64,000 nucleotides of DNA from NCBI GenBank assembly GCA_950097015.1, contig CATNEN010000039.1, positions 4,216,001-4,280,000 on the forward strand, read 5' to 3'. The notes beneath the pieces are model-generated. The model had not been told where the DNA came from. It searched no databases and worked only from the letters and a program-made list of their open reading frames with translations. Source of the stretch: Macrostomum hystrix (taxonomy: Eukaryota; Animalia; Platyhelminthes). Positions 1-10,666 of this stretch are shown here, piece by piece. A program made the translations under genes and the position numbers. How positions within the stretch are numbered: position 1 is the first letter of the stretch; each line of letters starts with the position of its first letter.

Positions 1-1293
1 TGACAACTCGCCCAGAACAGGGTCAGTAACGCGTATAGCAGCCACGTGAGTGCAGCAGAGCGCTCACTCTCCGGGGCATCCCCAGAACCAGGCGTCGCAG
101 AAAATCTTGCGGTAGTTGTTGCCATGCAGTAGACAGTGATTCGCGCAGTTGGGCAACATTTTGCGGCGGATTGTCGCGCCGAATCGAGCGCTTCAAGTAA
201 TCCCAAACGTGCTCTATGGGATTCATGTCCGGTGATCGGGACGGCCAGCGCAAGGTTCGCAGGTGCAGCAGCTCCTTCAGATGCGCCACAGCGGCTGCGC
301 GATGCGGTGGGGCGTTGTCGTCTTGGAGGACGCAGTTCCCCACGCCACCACATGAAGCATCAATGAAGGGCAGCAGGCGCGTCTGTAGAAGGTTGGCGTA
401 CGACTCGGCAGTCACAGTCGCATCCAGGAACACGAGCTCCGTCTTCGCGTGCATTGTGATGCCTGCCCACACGTGAATAGAAGCTGACTGGCTCTCAGAG
501 TTTTGCACGTGCTGCGGCAGCATCTCCTGGCGCGGCTGGCGCCACACGCGAATGCGGCCGTCGGCACGGAACAATCGAAAGCGGCTCTCATCTGTGAAAA
601 TCACTCGCCGCCACTGCTGCTGCCTCCAGTGGACCCTTTGCATTGCCCATTGTTCCCTGCTGGCCACATGGGTTGGGGTCAGGCGTGACCGTTTGCGCAT
701 CTTACGGGATCGCAGCCCCGACTCCCGCAATCGTCGTCGGATGGTTTGGGCGCTCAGGACATTCCCTCGCCTGCTTCTTTCAGCCCACATCAGCCGTAGC
801 AGGGTGGCTGGCAATGTGGGGCTTCCCTTTACCATTCGCAGCAATCGCCGGTCCGCCCTCCTAGTTGTACTGCGCATATTGAGCCGCAGGCCGCGCGTGG
901 CGTGCGCCACGCTGCCCGTTTCTCTGCACTTGATCTGCAGTTTGCGGATTGCTGTGTGTGACCGCCCAATTTGGCGAGCAACAGCTCGGATGGACATCCC
1001 AGCGTCCAGCATGCCAATGGCGCGCGCTCGTTCCAGGTCGGTCATTTGGCGAACCATTGCGTTCGGTTGCGAACGTGGATTTTAGACTCCTGTATAAGAT
1101 GCTGCTGTCTGCTCCATGTGACTGTTTCCTTCGACTTGTCTGGCGTCTATGACCCAAGTTTTTGAATTCTATGGCCCAAGTGCGTGTTGACGAAATCATC
1201 AATCGTCTATGGCACAAGTCATGGCAACCAGTTTTGAAACTCTAAATATACAACTTGCGCGAGGGTGGAAACTTTTCAATGTTGCTGAGTGTA
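1..1293 (-). mobile_element. Tc1/mariner DNA transposon; one end in the window, the other beyond the window start
   Basis: On the minus strand the element begins TA|CACTCAGCAACATTGAAAAGTTTCCACC (1293-1263), a Tc1-like terminus with TA target, upstream of the transposase. The partner TIR is outside the window. Confidence 0.75.
23..1057 (-). CDS. Tc1-family transposase (DD34E), apparently intact
   Basis: 344-aa ORF with N-terminal HTH (GMSIRAVARQIGRS) and catalytic motifs IFTDES, LQDDNAPPH and WPSRSPDMNPIE; 34 residues between the second D and the E. Confidence 0.95.
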   Translation of the reverse strand: MVRQMTDLERARAIGMLDAGMSIRAVARQIGRSHTAIRKLQIKCRETGSVAHATRGLRLNMRSTTRRADRRLLRMVKGSPTLPATLLRLMWAERSRRGNVLSAQTIRRRLRESGLRSRKMRKRSRLTPTHVASREQWAMQRVHWRQQQWRRVIFTDESRFRLFRADGRIRVWRQPRQEMLPQHVQNSESQSASIHVWAGITMHAKTELVFLDATVTAESYANLLQTRLLPFIDASCGGVGNCVLQDDNAPPHRAAAVAHLKELLHLRTLRWPSRSPDMNPIEHVWDYLKRSIRRDNPPQNVAQLRESLSTAWQQLPQDFLRRLVLGMPRRVSALLHSRGCYTRY

Positions 1294-1502
1294 TTTACAT
1301 ACATAACATATTGATAATGGTCTACGGCCTTTGTTGAAAGCTAAATGCTTAGTTAAACAAAAAATCCTTCTTTATATTAATACCTACTTTTGGTGCTTAA
1401 TAATACTCAGCTTGCTCTATGGCAATTATGTACTTTGTTGTTTCGCAGTTCAAAGCAACTTGTTGTTCGGATGTGAGGTTTGCATGGACTGTACTCAATG
1501 CT

Positions 1503-1690
1503 TGTAGCCTGTGGAGCGACTGAACTCGATGGTTCGACCGAGAGATCCGAAGTTCGAATCTAAGCCAAAATGAGACACTTAATAACCCTTCAGTTCACCC
1601 GGATATTAAATTGGTTTCGGGAATTTGCTGGGTATGAATCTCGTTGTGGCGATCCCCCAGTCCATGGACTGAACAGCTGTACGCAGCCTT
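1503..1690 (+). mobile_element. Degenerate SINE family 1 copy
   Basis: tRNA-like head (tgtagcctg...gttcgaatc) plus cttcagttcaccc and ccagtccatggactgaacagctgta, shared with the copies at 4.83 and 52.3 kb. Confidence 0.65.
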
Positions 1691-2050
1691 AACAGTAGAA
1701 AGACCACGCTATCCCCCTGGGGTAATACTACGCGCTTTTTCAAATGCCCACTGCCTACCTGATGATAATTAAATATATCATCAATAAAATTTAGTCAAAA
1801 AACATCGCCTAAATGGTTACACGATGAATGATTATAATTACACGATGAAATTTTGTTAGCAGTATTTTTTACCTACATTGATGGCTTTTGCCACCGGACA
1901 CACCGACGAGAGCATTGAATATCACGACAATGCGGATGTTATGTGGTTAGAGTGGAAAATTTTAACCCACGTTCTGGAATTTCATGGAAATTAGTTGAAT
2001 ATTTTGAGAAATTCATATAAAAGAATGCTGGTATTTAAAATACCCCTTTC
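1689..2050. mobile_element. Non-autonomous DNA element (TTAA-flanked, piggyBac-like MITE), copy 1
   Basis: Starts ttaacagtagaaagaccac, ends gtatttaaaatacccc; internal cacaccgac...ttgaatatc is shared with 35161-35600 and 41808-42340. Confidence 0.55.
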
Positions 2051-2098
2051 AATAGCATGATGTGACTGCCATGTCCTCCTCCTCTGCCCCGCCCGCAG

Positions 2099-5000
2099 TC
2101 TGGCCTGTGGAAGTCGGAGAAGGTCACCTACTGGCACCCGGAGACCGGGCGCAGCTGCGATGCCCAGCTGGACCTAGTGGCGTCATCTGGCGGCTCCAAC
2201 GCGGAGCTTGTCCTCACCCTGAGCCGGCCGCCACAGCGACTGTCCAGCAGGTCGCCGGCGCAGCGGCGAATCGAGCGACGCCTGCCGCTCCGCTCCGTCA
2301 CCTGCGTGGCCCAGCTGGCCAATCGGCCGGCCTGCCTGGCAATCTACGCCGAGACCTCTCACCTGGCCCTGCAGGTGACCTGCGCCACTGACCGCGACTG
2401 CGCCGATTGGCTGGCCGCCCTGCGACTACTCCTTCGCTCCCAGAGCCGTCGTCGGCTGCGTCGGCGCCAGCAGCAGAGGCAAATTAACGCCCTCGCCAGC
2501 CTGCAGCCGACTAGCGTTCGTATTGGCGCCTGCCTCCTAGTGCTGACTGTGCGCGGCAATGTGCTCGTCAGCGATGATGACAACAGTCCGGACGACTCCG
2601 ACACCAATGACACTGCGGTGAAGGATGACGCCGGACTTGACGATGCTGACGGCAACTCTGACGCCTCCGCCCTGTGCGACTTCTCGGTGTGTCGTCGGTG
2701 CTGGCGTCAAATTGGCGGCCACTTCATGCAACTGTGCGCCTGCCGATCCGTGCTGTGGGCCCTCACTGGCGATGGCAGGCCGTTTCTGTACGCGCCTGAG
2801 GTCGGTGACGCAGGCGAGGTGATCGACAGGTATTTATATACTGTTTACTTGTATTAGTGCGCAGTAGGTTTGGTAGTATAAATTGGGGTGGTGGGTGCTT
2901 GTTGAAAGCCATTGTACATTGGGGTGGTGGTTGCTTGCTGATAGCCAGTGTACATTGGGGTGGTGGGTGCTTGCTGCTAGCCAGTGTACATTGGGGTGGT
3001 GGTTGCTTGCTGATAGCCAGTGTACATTGGGGTGGTGGGTGCTTGCTGCTAGCCAGTGTACATTGGGACGCCTCTTTCTACCCTCGCAGGCAGGTCTGCT
3101 GCGCCTTCGAGTACCAGCACTGGCGGCCGCTGTCTGGCTACACGGATCGCGGCTTCCTGCACCAGTCGCCAGATCAGCCGGGTGCGACGTCGGCGGCGAC
3201 TGGCGGCGGCAGCGCACGTTGGAGCGACGCCCTGCCCAAGGAGGCCCTGCTGGGCGCCGGCTGCGAAGCCAACTGGTCCTGGGAGACGGACTGGGCAGTG
3301 AGAATATCGTCCGATGACACGGACGAGCAGGGCTGGCAGTATGCCAGGGACTTTAAGGGCCCCTACTGCAAGGTGCGTGTGCTCTCCTACTTGTTTGAAT
3401 GACTTTATGGCATTCCTTTCTTTTGGAACGAATCAGTTTTTCTCCTCTTTTTTACCAGTCTAAGCGGTGGAACAGCGGCTTGCGTCGCCGTAAATGGACT
3501 CGAACCTACGTCGTGTTTGACAGCGGTCCCTGGCGCCCCATCCCCGGCACAGTGGCCCTGAGGCAGGTCTCGCTAGCACCAGACTCCTCAGCCGCCTACG
3601 CGGTTGCCTACAATGGCCAGCTGCTGTACAGAGCGGGCTTTGATCCCGGATCTAACCCAGTAGGCGATCGCTGGTCCCTAATTGCCAGCGAGGTGAGGCT
3701 GAGACTTCATTTTCACCTGGTTTTGTGGGCAGAGTATCTGAAGAAGCTGAATGTAGAAGTGGCCAGACTAGACAACTTAGTAACTCGCGTTGGGTGCTTG
3801 CTGATGGCCAGTGTACATTGGGGTGGTGGGTGCTTGCTGATTGCCAGTGTACATTGGGCTGGTAGGTGCTTGCTGATGGCCAGTGTACATTGGGGTGGTG
3901 GGTGCTTGCTGATGGCCAGTGTACATTGGGGTGGTGGGTGCTTGCTGATTGCCAGTGTACATTGGGGTGGTGAGTGCTTGTTGATGGCCAGTGTACATTG
4001 GGCTGGTGGGTGCTTGCTAATTGCCAGTGTACATTGGGCTGGTGGGTGCTTGTTGATGGCCAGTGTACATTGGGGTGGTGAGTGCTTGCTGATGGCCAGT
4101 GTACATTGGGGTGGTGGGTGCTTGTTGATTGCCAGTGTACATTGGGCTGGTGGGTGCAACTGTCAGTTTCAACATTAAAGTCTGTCGTTTAACAGTATTT
4201 TTCAAGATAACTGACAGTTACACGGGTCAGTCGTTAGTTTTTGTGGCAGTTAATCTGGTAAATTAGTAGTTAATATTATATTTTAGCTTCGCCTGCAGTT
4301 GAACAGGCGGCCAGTAGCAATAATTTCAGAAACGGCAAGTGTTATTAATTAGATATTTTGATACGTTTATGTACTTTATCCTCTGGTTTGCACTGCTCCA
4401 ATTCTCAAGGTGCCCCTGATTGGCTGCTCCGCCGGCTCTGGTTGGCGGCTCTACGCAGTCGGGGCCGACGGGCGCTGCTATTCCCGGCTGGGCCTGACGC
4501 CCGACCAGCCGCTAGGCTGCAGCTGGTCCATCGTAGGCCAGCCTGAGGACGGCTCCAGGCTCACTCAGGTTGCAAAATATTGAGACTGCTGTTTTTCAGT
4601 CTTCTATGCTACTGACTGTAATGCTACTACAAGTAGTGTTAAAAGTGTGTTAAATGCTTTGGTAAATCCCGTCAAAGGGGGTCGATTCTGACCCACGAGG
4701 GCCAACCCTCAAGGCACGGACAGTCAGAGTGTACACTGAATGGCTAAGGGAAAGTCAGGGCAGATGTACACCCAGTCAGAGTGACTCTTACTCGTAGAAA
4801 CTTATAAATGTTCCCTGACTCCTGCTACAAGAGGGGGTTGTAGCCTACTGGTTAGAGCGTCAAAAGCGACTTGAAAGACAGGGGTTCGATTCCCGACTAC
4901 ACATGACCACTTTGTCATTTAGCAAGTCACTTAACTCTGCATTGCTTCAGTTCACCCAGCTGTTAAACATGTACCGGTGCTGGGTTAATTGATTTAGGAG

Positions 5001-5774
5001 GTTAGCGTCCCGCCAGTCCATGGACTGAACAGCTGTACCCTGCCTTCAGATGCGCTGCGCAACAGCTGCGGCTGTGCTGTCGGCTGCACATCTGGCCCGA
5101 TTAGGGCAGGTGTAATCAACTATTCCATCTAGTAATTACTACTCACTATCCTCCACTCTCCTGCAACTAACATGAAGATAAGATACAGGAGACACGAGAA
5201 AGGAGAGTTGACGCACGAGAGAGATAAGATAAAACAAGGCACATGAGAGTTAAGACACGGGACAGATGAGTCACGAGAGAGATGAGGCACAGGAGAAATG
5301 AGATACGGGAGAGATGAGGCACAGTAGAGATGAGACTGCGGAGAGAATTTAAGAGGGGTCTTTTGGGCCGGAGTCAAGTCCGTGCGAGCGTATCTGGCCG
5401 TAGTTTGCCGACCCATAGGCGGTATTTTAAGTGAGTTGCGCATGACCAGGCGCCAACCTCGTTTCACCCGCTCTGGCCAGGTGTCCGCCGATCGGCGCGA
5501 GCTCTGGGCTGTCGACGAATCCGGCTGCCTCTACCGGAGACGCAACGTTCGGCCCAAGGAGTTTCCAGACGGCACCGACTGGGAGCTGGTTTGCCGCGGC
5601 GTCTCCAGCGTTAGCGTCGCCTCCGGTCGCGTCTGCGCCGTCCTGCTGGAGTCACGCGACTTCGCCCTGCGCGTCGGCATGTGCCGGGAGTCGCCCTGCG
5701 GCACCGGCTGGGATCTGGGGCTCGCCGGCCTCTGCCAGTCCGCCTGCATTCGGGGCTTGGCCAGCAGGCGCTGA
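2099..5774 (+). CDS. TECPR1: Tectonin beta-propeller repeat-containing protein 1, 3' exons (2099-2829, 3090-3372, 3459-3692, 4410-4568, 5481-5774)
   Basis: GT-AG exons join in phase. PH-like segment (LQVTCATDRDCADWLAALR), dysferlin domain (FEYQHWRPLSGY...WSWETDW...GWQYARDF...LRRRKWTR) and tectonin repeats (AVAYNGQLLYRAG...GDRW; LWAVDESGCLYRR...GTDW). 5' exons lie outside the window. Confidence 0.88.
2884..3066. repeat. 36-bp intronic minisatellite (tgcttgctgatagccagtgtacattggggtggtggg), about 5 units
   Basis: Direct tandem repeats within a TECPR1 intron. Confidence 0.95.
3791..4157. repeat. Same 36-bp minisatellite, about 10 units
   Basis: Same unit as 2884-3066, in a later TECPR1 intron. 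Confidence 0.95.
4833..5125 (+). mobile_element. tRNA-derived SINE family 1, full length, with CORE-like central domain
   Basis: Pol III A box (tagcctactgg) and B box (ggttcgattccc), CORE/MIR-like gcaagtcacttaactct...cttcagtt, and 3' tail gggcaggtgtaatcaa; further copies at 1.5, 46.7, 52.3 and 61.2 kb. Confidence 0.8.
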
Positions 5775-6442
5775 GGCCCAGCTTTAACACCCTTTAAACC
5801 GATATGTATCGAAAAAGTTAAAATTTGTGTGGCCTACTGGTCAGTGCTTGTTTCTCTCTGTCAATATTATCTTTTTTTGCACATCGCCATTGTTATATTG
5901 CTAATCAAATATTCTAACTATTAATTTGTTGTAAGTGTAAATTATTGTCAATCTGCCAAAGTTTCATATTGTTTAAAGAAAATATTGCTCATGCGCGTAT
6001 TAGCTACTTGTTTATCTAAGTAGCTCTACTGGTTTGGACACCCGCGGACACGCCTGTGCTTTACAGTTTCAGAAAGGCAGTCTCTATAGACGATAGTTTA
6101 TGGCCACACACCAACAATACCTCCAAGTTTTTGTATATATTTGATCACATTCTTCCGCCTTTTCATAGATCTTATATATATGCTACTAGCATATGGAATA
6201 TAAATAATGAACAAATTCCTGTTTTATAACCGGCGAAAACCAGCTATTTTTTTACTTCTTGGTGACTGCGATTTCTGTGCATAATTACTACCATATTATT
6301 CCGAAAATTCGTTTTTGAGTTCCACTTAACTCTGCAAAAGCTGCCTGTGAAAATATATTTTTGCTTTTTTAGTCGCCCATGTATATTTGATTGATCAGCA
6401 AACTTCTGTACCCTGCGGACCGTCTTAATTGGATAAAGATGA

Positions 6443-6890
6443 AACGCGGGAGAGTTGGGACAATTGGTGGATGAAACGCGGGAGAGATGGGACAATGGGT
6501 GGATAAGACGTGGGAGAGATGAGACATGGGAGAGATGAGACGTGGGAGAGATGAGACAATGGGTGGATAAGACGTGGGAGAGATGAGACATGGGAGAGAT
6601 GAGACGTGGGAGAGATGAGACATAGGAGAGATGAGACAATGGGTGGATAAGACGTGGGAGAGATGAGACAATGGGTGGATAAGACGTGGGAGAGATGGGA
6701 CAATGGGTGGATAAGACGTGGGAGAGATGAGACAATGGGTGGATAAGACGTGGGAGAGATGAGACAATGGGTGGATAAGACGTGGGAGAGATGAGACGTG
6801 CGAGAGATGAGACATAGGAGAGATTTTAAGAGGGGCCTGTTGGGTTGGAGTCAAAGCCGTGCGAGCGTTTCTGGCCGTAGTTTGCCGACC
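6443..6890. repeat. GA-rich compound minisatellite (gacgtgggagagatgagacaatgggtggataa) followed by a 65-bp conserved tail
   Basis: Tandem repeats at 6443-6823; the tail 6826-6890 matches 5348-5414, which also follows a degenerate GA-rich tract. Confidence 0.85.
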
Positions 6891-7880
6891 CTTGCCTTGG
6901 GAATTTTTCAGCAGGTTTTCTTACTTTTAAGAATCGTCTTTCTTCTTTCGATTGGTTACTACAAACATGCCGAATACCCATAAACACTAGTATTATCTGT
7001 TTGATTCTATAGTGGTGCAGGCTGCTATGTTATTCCTGTTTTTTAGTAGATATACTTCATTTTCGTCTGAGCCAAAAATACACTTGATGCAATCTGAGCG
7101 GCCCGTAACTAGAATATTCGGGCTTGTTCTAATTCTGTTTATTAGTCTTGCTGCTTTTCCTGATTTTCGTAAATCACTAGTATAAAAATCACAATATTTT
7201 CAATTGTGTCTACTTAGTTTGTCAGTTAGTAGTGTAGTTCGTATATGGGAAGTTAAACAGTATGAACAGAAAAAAATAAAATGAGTTACATTTTCTAGAT
7301 TGGTCTCTAGCACTATTGAGTGTACATTCAGCTTACACTGGCTAGAAGCGCCTAGTCTTGAATGAATGTACATGTGAATGTGGTGTGCCTGCCCCAAGAG
7401 CCATAGTTAGCTGGCTCACCCAAACGCCATATAGGGTTGCTGTTTTAGGCAGTGTTTTATACAGCCTATGCGTCCCTATACTTCAAATTAGACTATGGAA
7501 TTGAAGAATATACAGTCTCGTGACTGCTTTTTACTTTGCGACATTGTCTCGCGACTATTCTATTGCTGCACCCAGCTTTTTCTACGCCTCCAAGATTATT
7601 TTACGCTCGCTAACTCGCTCACAAATTTGCTAGCTTTATAATTTAACTAATGCGAGCAGTTCAGGTTAGCTGGCTCACACTTTATGGTTATTGGCCTAGT
7701 TTGAGCATTTTAATTTTCAAAGTCCCATCTATGGTCAAGCTAGTGGTAAGCATGCGTGTTTGTATTGGCAAAATTTCCACACTTTCCTACTTCCCTACTT
7801 AAAAAAACTTTTATGTTATGAAGTAGTAAAATTTATCTATCTTTATAATATTTTATATTGATCTTTCATTGTCCTGTTGA

Positions 7881-9200
7881 TCTCCCATTCTCTACCCTCT
7901 CTGTCTACTTTTATACTATCCTCTGCTGTCTACTCCCATTCTCTACCCTCTCTGTCTACTTTTATACTATCCTCTGCTGTCTACTCCCACTCTCTACCCT
8001 CTCTGTCTACTTTTATACTATCCTCTGCTGTCTACTCCCATTCTCTACCCTCTCTGTCTACTTTTATACTATCCTCTGCTGTCTACTCCCACTCTCTACC
8101 CTCTCTGTCTACTTTTATACTATCCTCTGCTGTCTACTCCCATTCTCTACCCTCTCTGTCTACTTTTATACTATCATCTGCTGTCTACTCCCACTCTCTA
8201 CCCTCTCTGTCTACTTTTATACTATCCTCTGCTGTCTACTCCCATTCTATACTCAATCCTCTGCTGTCTACTCCCATTCTATACTCAATCCTCTGCTGTC
8301 TACTCCCATTCTATACTCAATCCTCTGCTGTCTACTCCCATTCTATACTCAATCCTCTGCTGTCTACTCCCATTCGATACTCAATCCTCTGCTGTCTACT
8401 CCCATTCTATACTCAATCCTCTGCTGTCTACTCCCATTCTATACTCAATCCTCTGCTGTCTACTCCCATTCTATACTCAATCCTCTGCTGTCTACTCACA
8501 TTCGATACTCAATCCTCTGCTGTCTACTTCCATTCTATACTCAATCCTCTGCTGTCTACTCACATTCGATACTCAATCCTCTGCTGTCTACTCACATTCT
8601 ATACTCAATCCTCTGCTGTCTACTCCCATTCTATACTCAATCCTCTGCTGTCTAATGCCATTCTATACTCAATCCTCTGCTATCAACTTCCATTCGATAC
8701 TCAATCCTCTGCTGTCTACTCCCATTCTATACTCAATCCTCTGCTGTCTACTCCCATTCTATACTCAATCCTCTGCTATCAACTTCCATTCGATACTCAA
8801 TCCTCTGCTGTCTACTCCCATTCTATACTCAATCCTCTGCTGTCTACTCCCATTCTATTCTCAATCCTCTGCTGTCTAATGCCATTCTATACTCAATCCT
8901 CTGCTGTCTACTCCCATTCTATACTCAATCCTCTGCTGTCTACTCCATTCTATACTCAATCCTCTGCTGTCTACTCACATTCTATACTCAATCCTCTGCT
9001 GTCTACTCCCATTCTATACTCAATCCTCTGCTGACTAATGCCATTCTATACTCAATCCTCTGCTATCAACTTCCATTCGATACTCAATCCTCTGCTGTCT
9101 ACTCCCATTCTATACTCAATCCTCTGCTGTCTACTCCCATTCTATTCTCAATCCTCTGCTGTCTACTCCCATTCTATACTCAATCCTCTGCTGTCTACTT
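7881..9200. repeat. Compound satellite: 51-bp units, then 32-bp units (ctcccattctatactcaatcctctgctgtcta)
   Basis: Periodicity read directly; the ORF translations repeat every 17 and 32 aa. Confidence 0.95.
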
Positions 9201-9303
9201 CTAACCTCTAAGCCATCTCCCCCATCTCCCTCCCAGTCTCCTTTTCGCACACTCGTATTTTCACACAGCAAATTTGCTCCGAAATCGTTACAGCCAATCA
9301 GAG

Positions 9304-10302
9304 ATGCCGCGCGTGAAGTTCTATGGCCGAATGGCGCCGCCAATTCTAACTGGCAAATTCTTCTCCGAGCTGGCCATGCAGCTGAAGGATCTGGGAGTCG
9401 GGCGCTGTTTCTATAGACTGAATCACGCGGCAAGGTACAAGGAGCCGTGCTACTGCGTCCCAAACAGAGTCGAGCCGGCCCTCGGTGACGCCTCGCGTCG
9501 TCGCTGCCGCGTCTGGGGCACGGAGATCTTCCGCGGCCGCCTGATGCCAACTACCGAGGGTGAGGATAGGCTGATCCCGGGCACTCACCTGCCCGACTGG
9601 GTGCTGGTGCCGCGCGATCAGGAGGCCGAGTTTAAATCGCGCAGCTTCGACCCGGTGCCGGTGCAGTTGATTGAATCGGTGTGCCGATTCCCGCCTGCGA
9701 TCGAGGCGCACCTGATCCGCCAGCATCCGGATCAATTCAGCGAGTTGGCTCCGCCGCTAATGTGGCTGCGGCCCAAGTGGGATCCGTACAGCTTCCAGGT
9801 GAGGCTTACACTTTGGATCGGTCGTTAGAGGGTGGGTGGCACACTGATATGCCTGACAGGCACACAGATACTGTACACAGGCATACCGTTCAACAGGCAC
9901 ACGGATGCCGTACGCAGGCACACAGATACCGTACACAGCCACACAGATACCGTACACAGGCACACAGATACCGTACACAGGCACACAGATACCGTACACA
10001 GCCACACAGATACCGTACACAGCCACACAGATACCGTACACAGGCATGCCGTACATAGAATTTGCTTGATCGCCCCGCAGGAGCCGCGAGTCCCAACGCC
10101 GGATGAGCAGGCGCGGATCTGGCCGCCCTACGCTGAGCAGCTGGAGCAGCTTGGCCCGCAGCGCAAGAAGGTGTTCAAGTCCACCTATACTCTGCCTAAA
10201 CGGGCTGACACTCCATTGCTCAACTGGAAGGTTGCGCTCAAACCGGAGCTGCCGCATGATTACAATGACGAGCCCGACTTTGAGTACAAACTGAAGGAGT
10301 AG
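9304..10302 (+). CDS. MRPS34: Mitochondrial ribosomal protein S34 (mS34); exons 9304-9798 and 10081-10302
   Basis: MPRVKFYGR...GKFFSELAMQLKDLGVGRCFYR...RYKEPCY...WGTEIFRG...PDWVLVP matches invertebrate mS34 motifs; phase-0 GT-AG intron; AATAAA near 10423. Confidence 0.88.
9855..10055. repeat. 21-bp minisatellite (cacacagataccgtacacagg) in the MRPS34 intron
   Basis: Direct tandem repeats. Confidence 0.9.
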
Positions 10303-10666
10303 AGATTCTGCAAATTTTATCCAACTGCTCAATGACTTGATGCATGCTGAGAATGAGCCGAAACAGTTAATCTGTGAAATATTCGGCACGCATTTTATTA
10401 AAAATTAGCTAGCATTGTTAGGAATAAAGAAGATTTGCAACCACTTTTGTCTAAGCCCTATTAGCTTTGTACTTGGCTTAGCCCAGAACTTGTTAGCTTA
10501 TGCGTGATTTATTTTTTATCACAGTTTTTTGTAGTTTTATTAATAATAAGAGCAGAATAATCTCCATGCTAGTTGCATATTGGGCTAAGACTAAGATTAC
10601 GCTCCAAAGTACAGGCATTGTGTAGTTATTTGTAACCACGCACAACGCACAAGTCCATTGTTTCAG

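Noticed and set aside
4833-4905. tRNA genes at SINE heads (also 20150-20220 and 52525-52600)
   Set aside because: A and B boxes are present but cloverleafs are imperfect and continue into shared SINE bodies.
7858-9034. Long hydrophobic repetitive ORFs (also 3713-4159, 6244-6854 and 55209-55895)
   Set aside because: Artefacts of stop-poor minisatellites.
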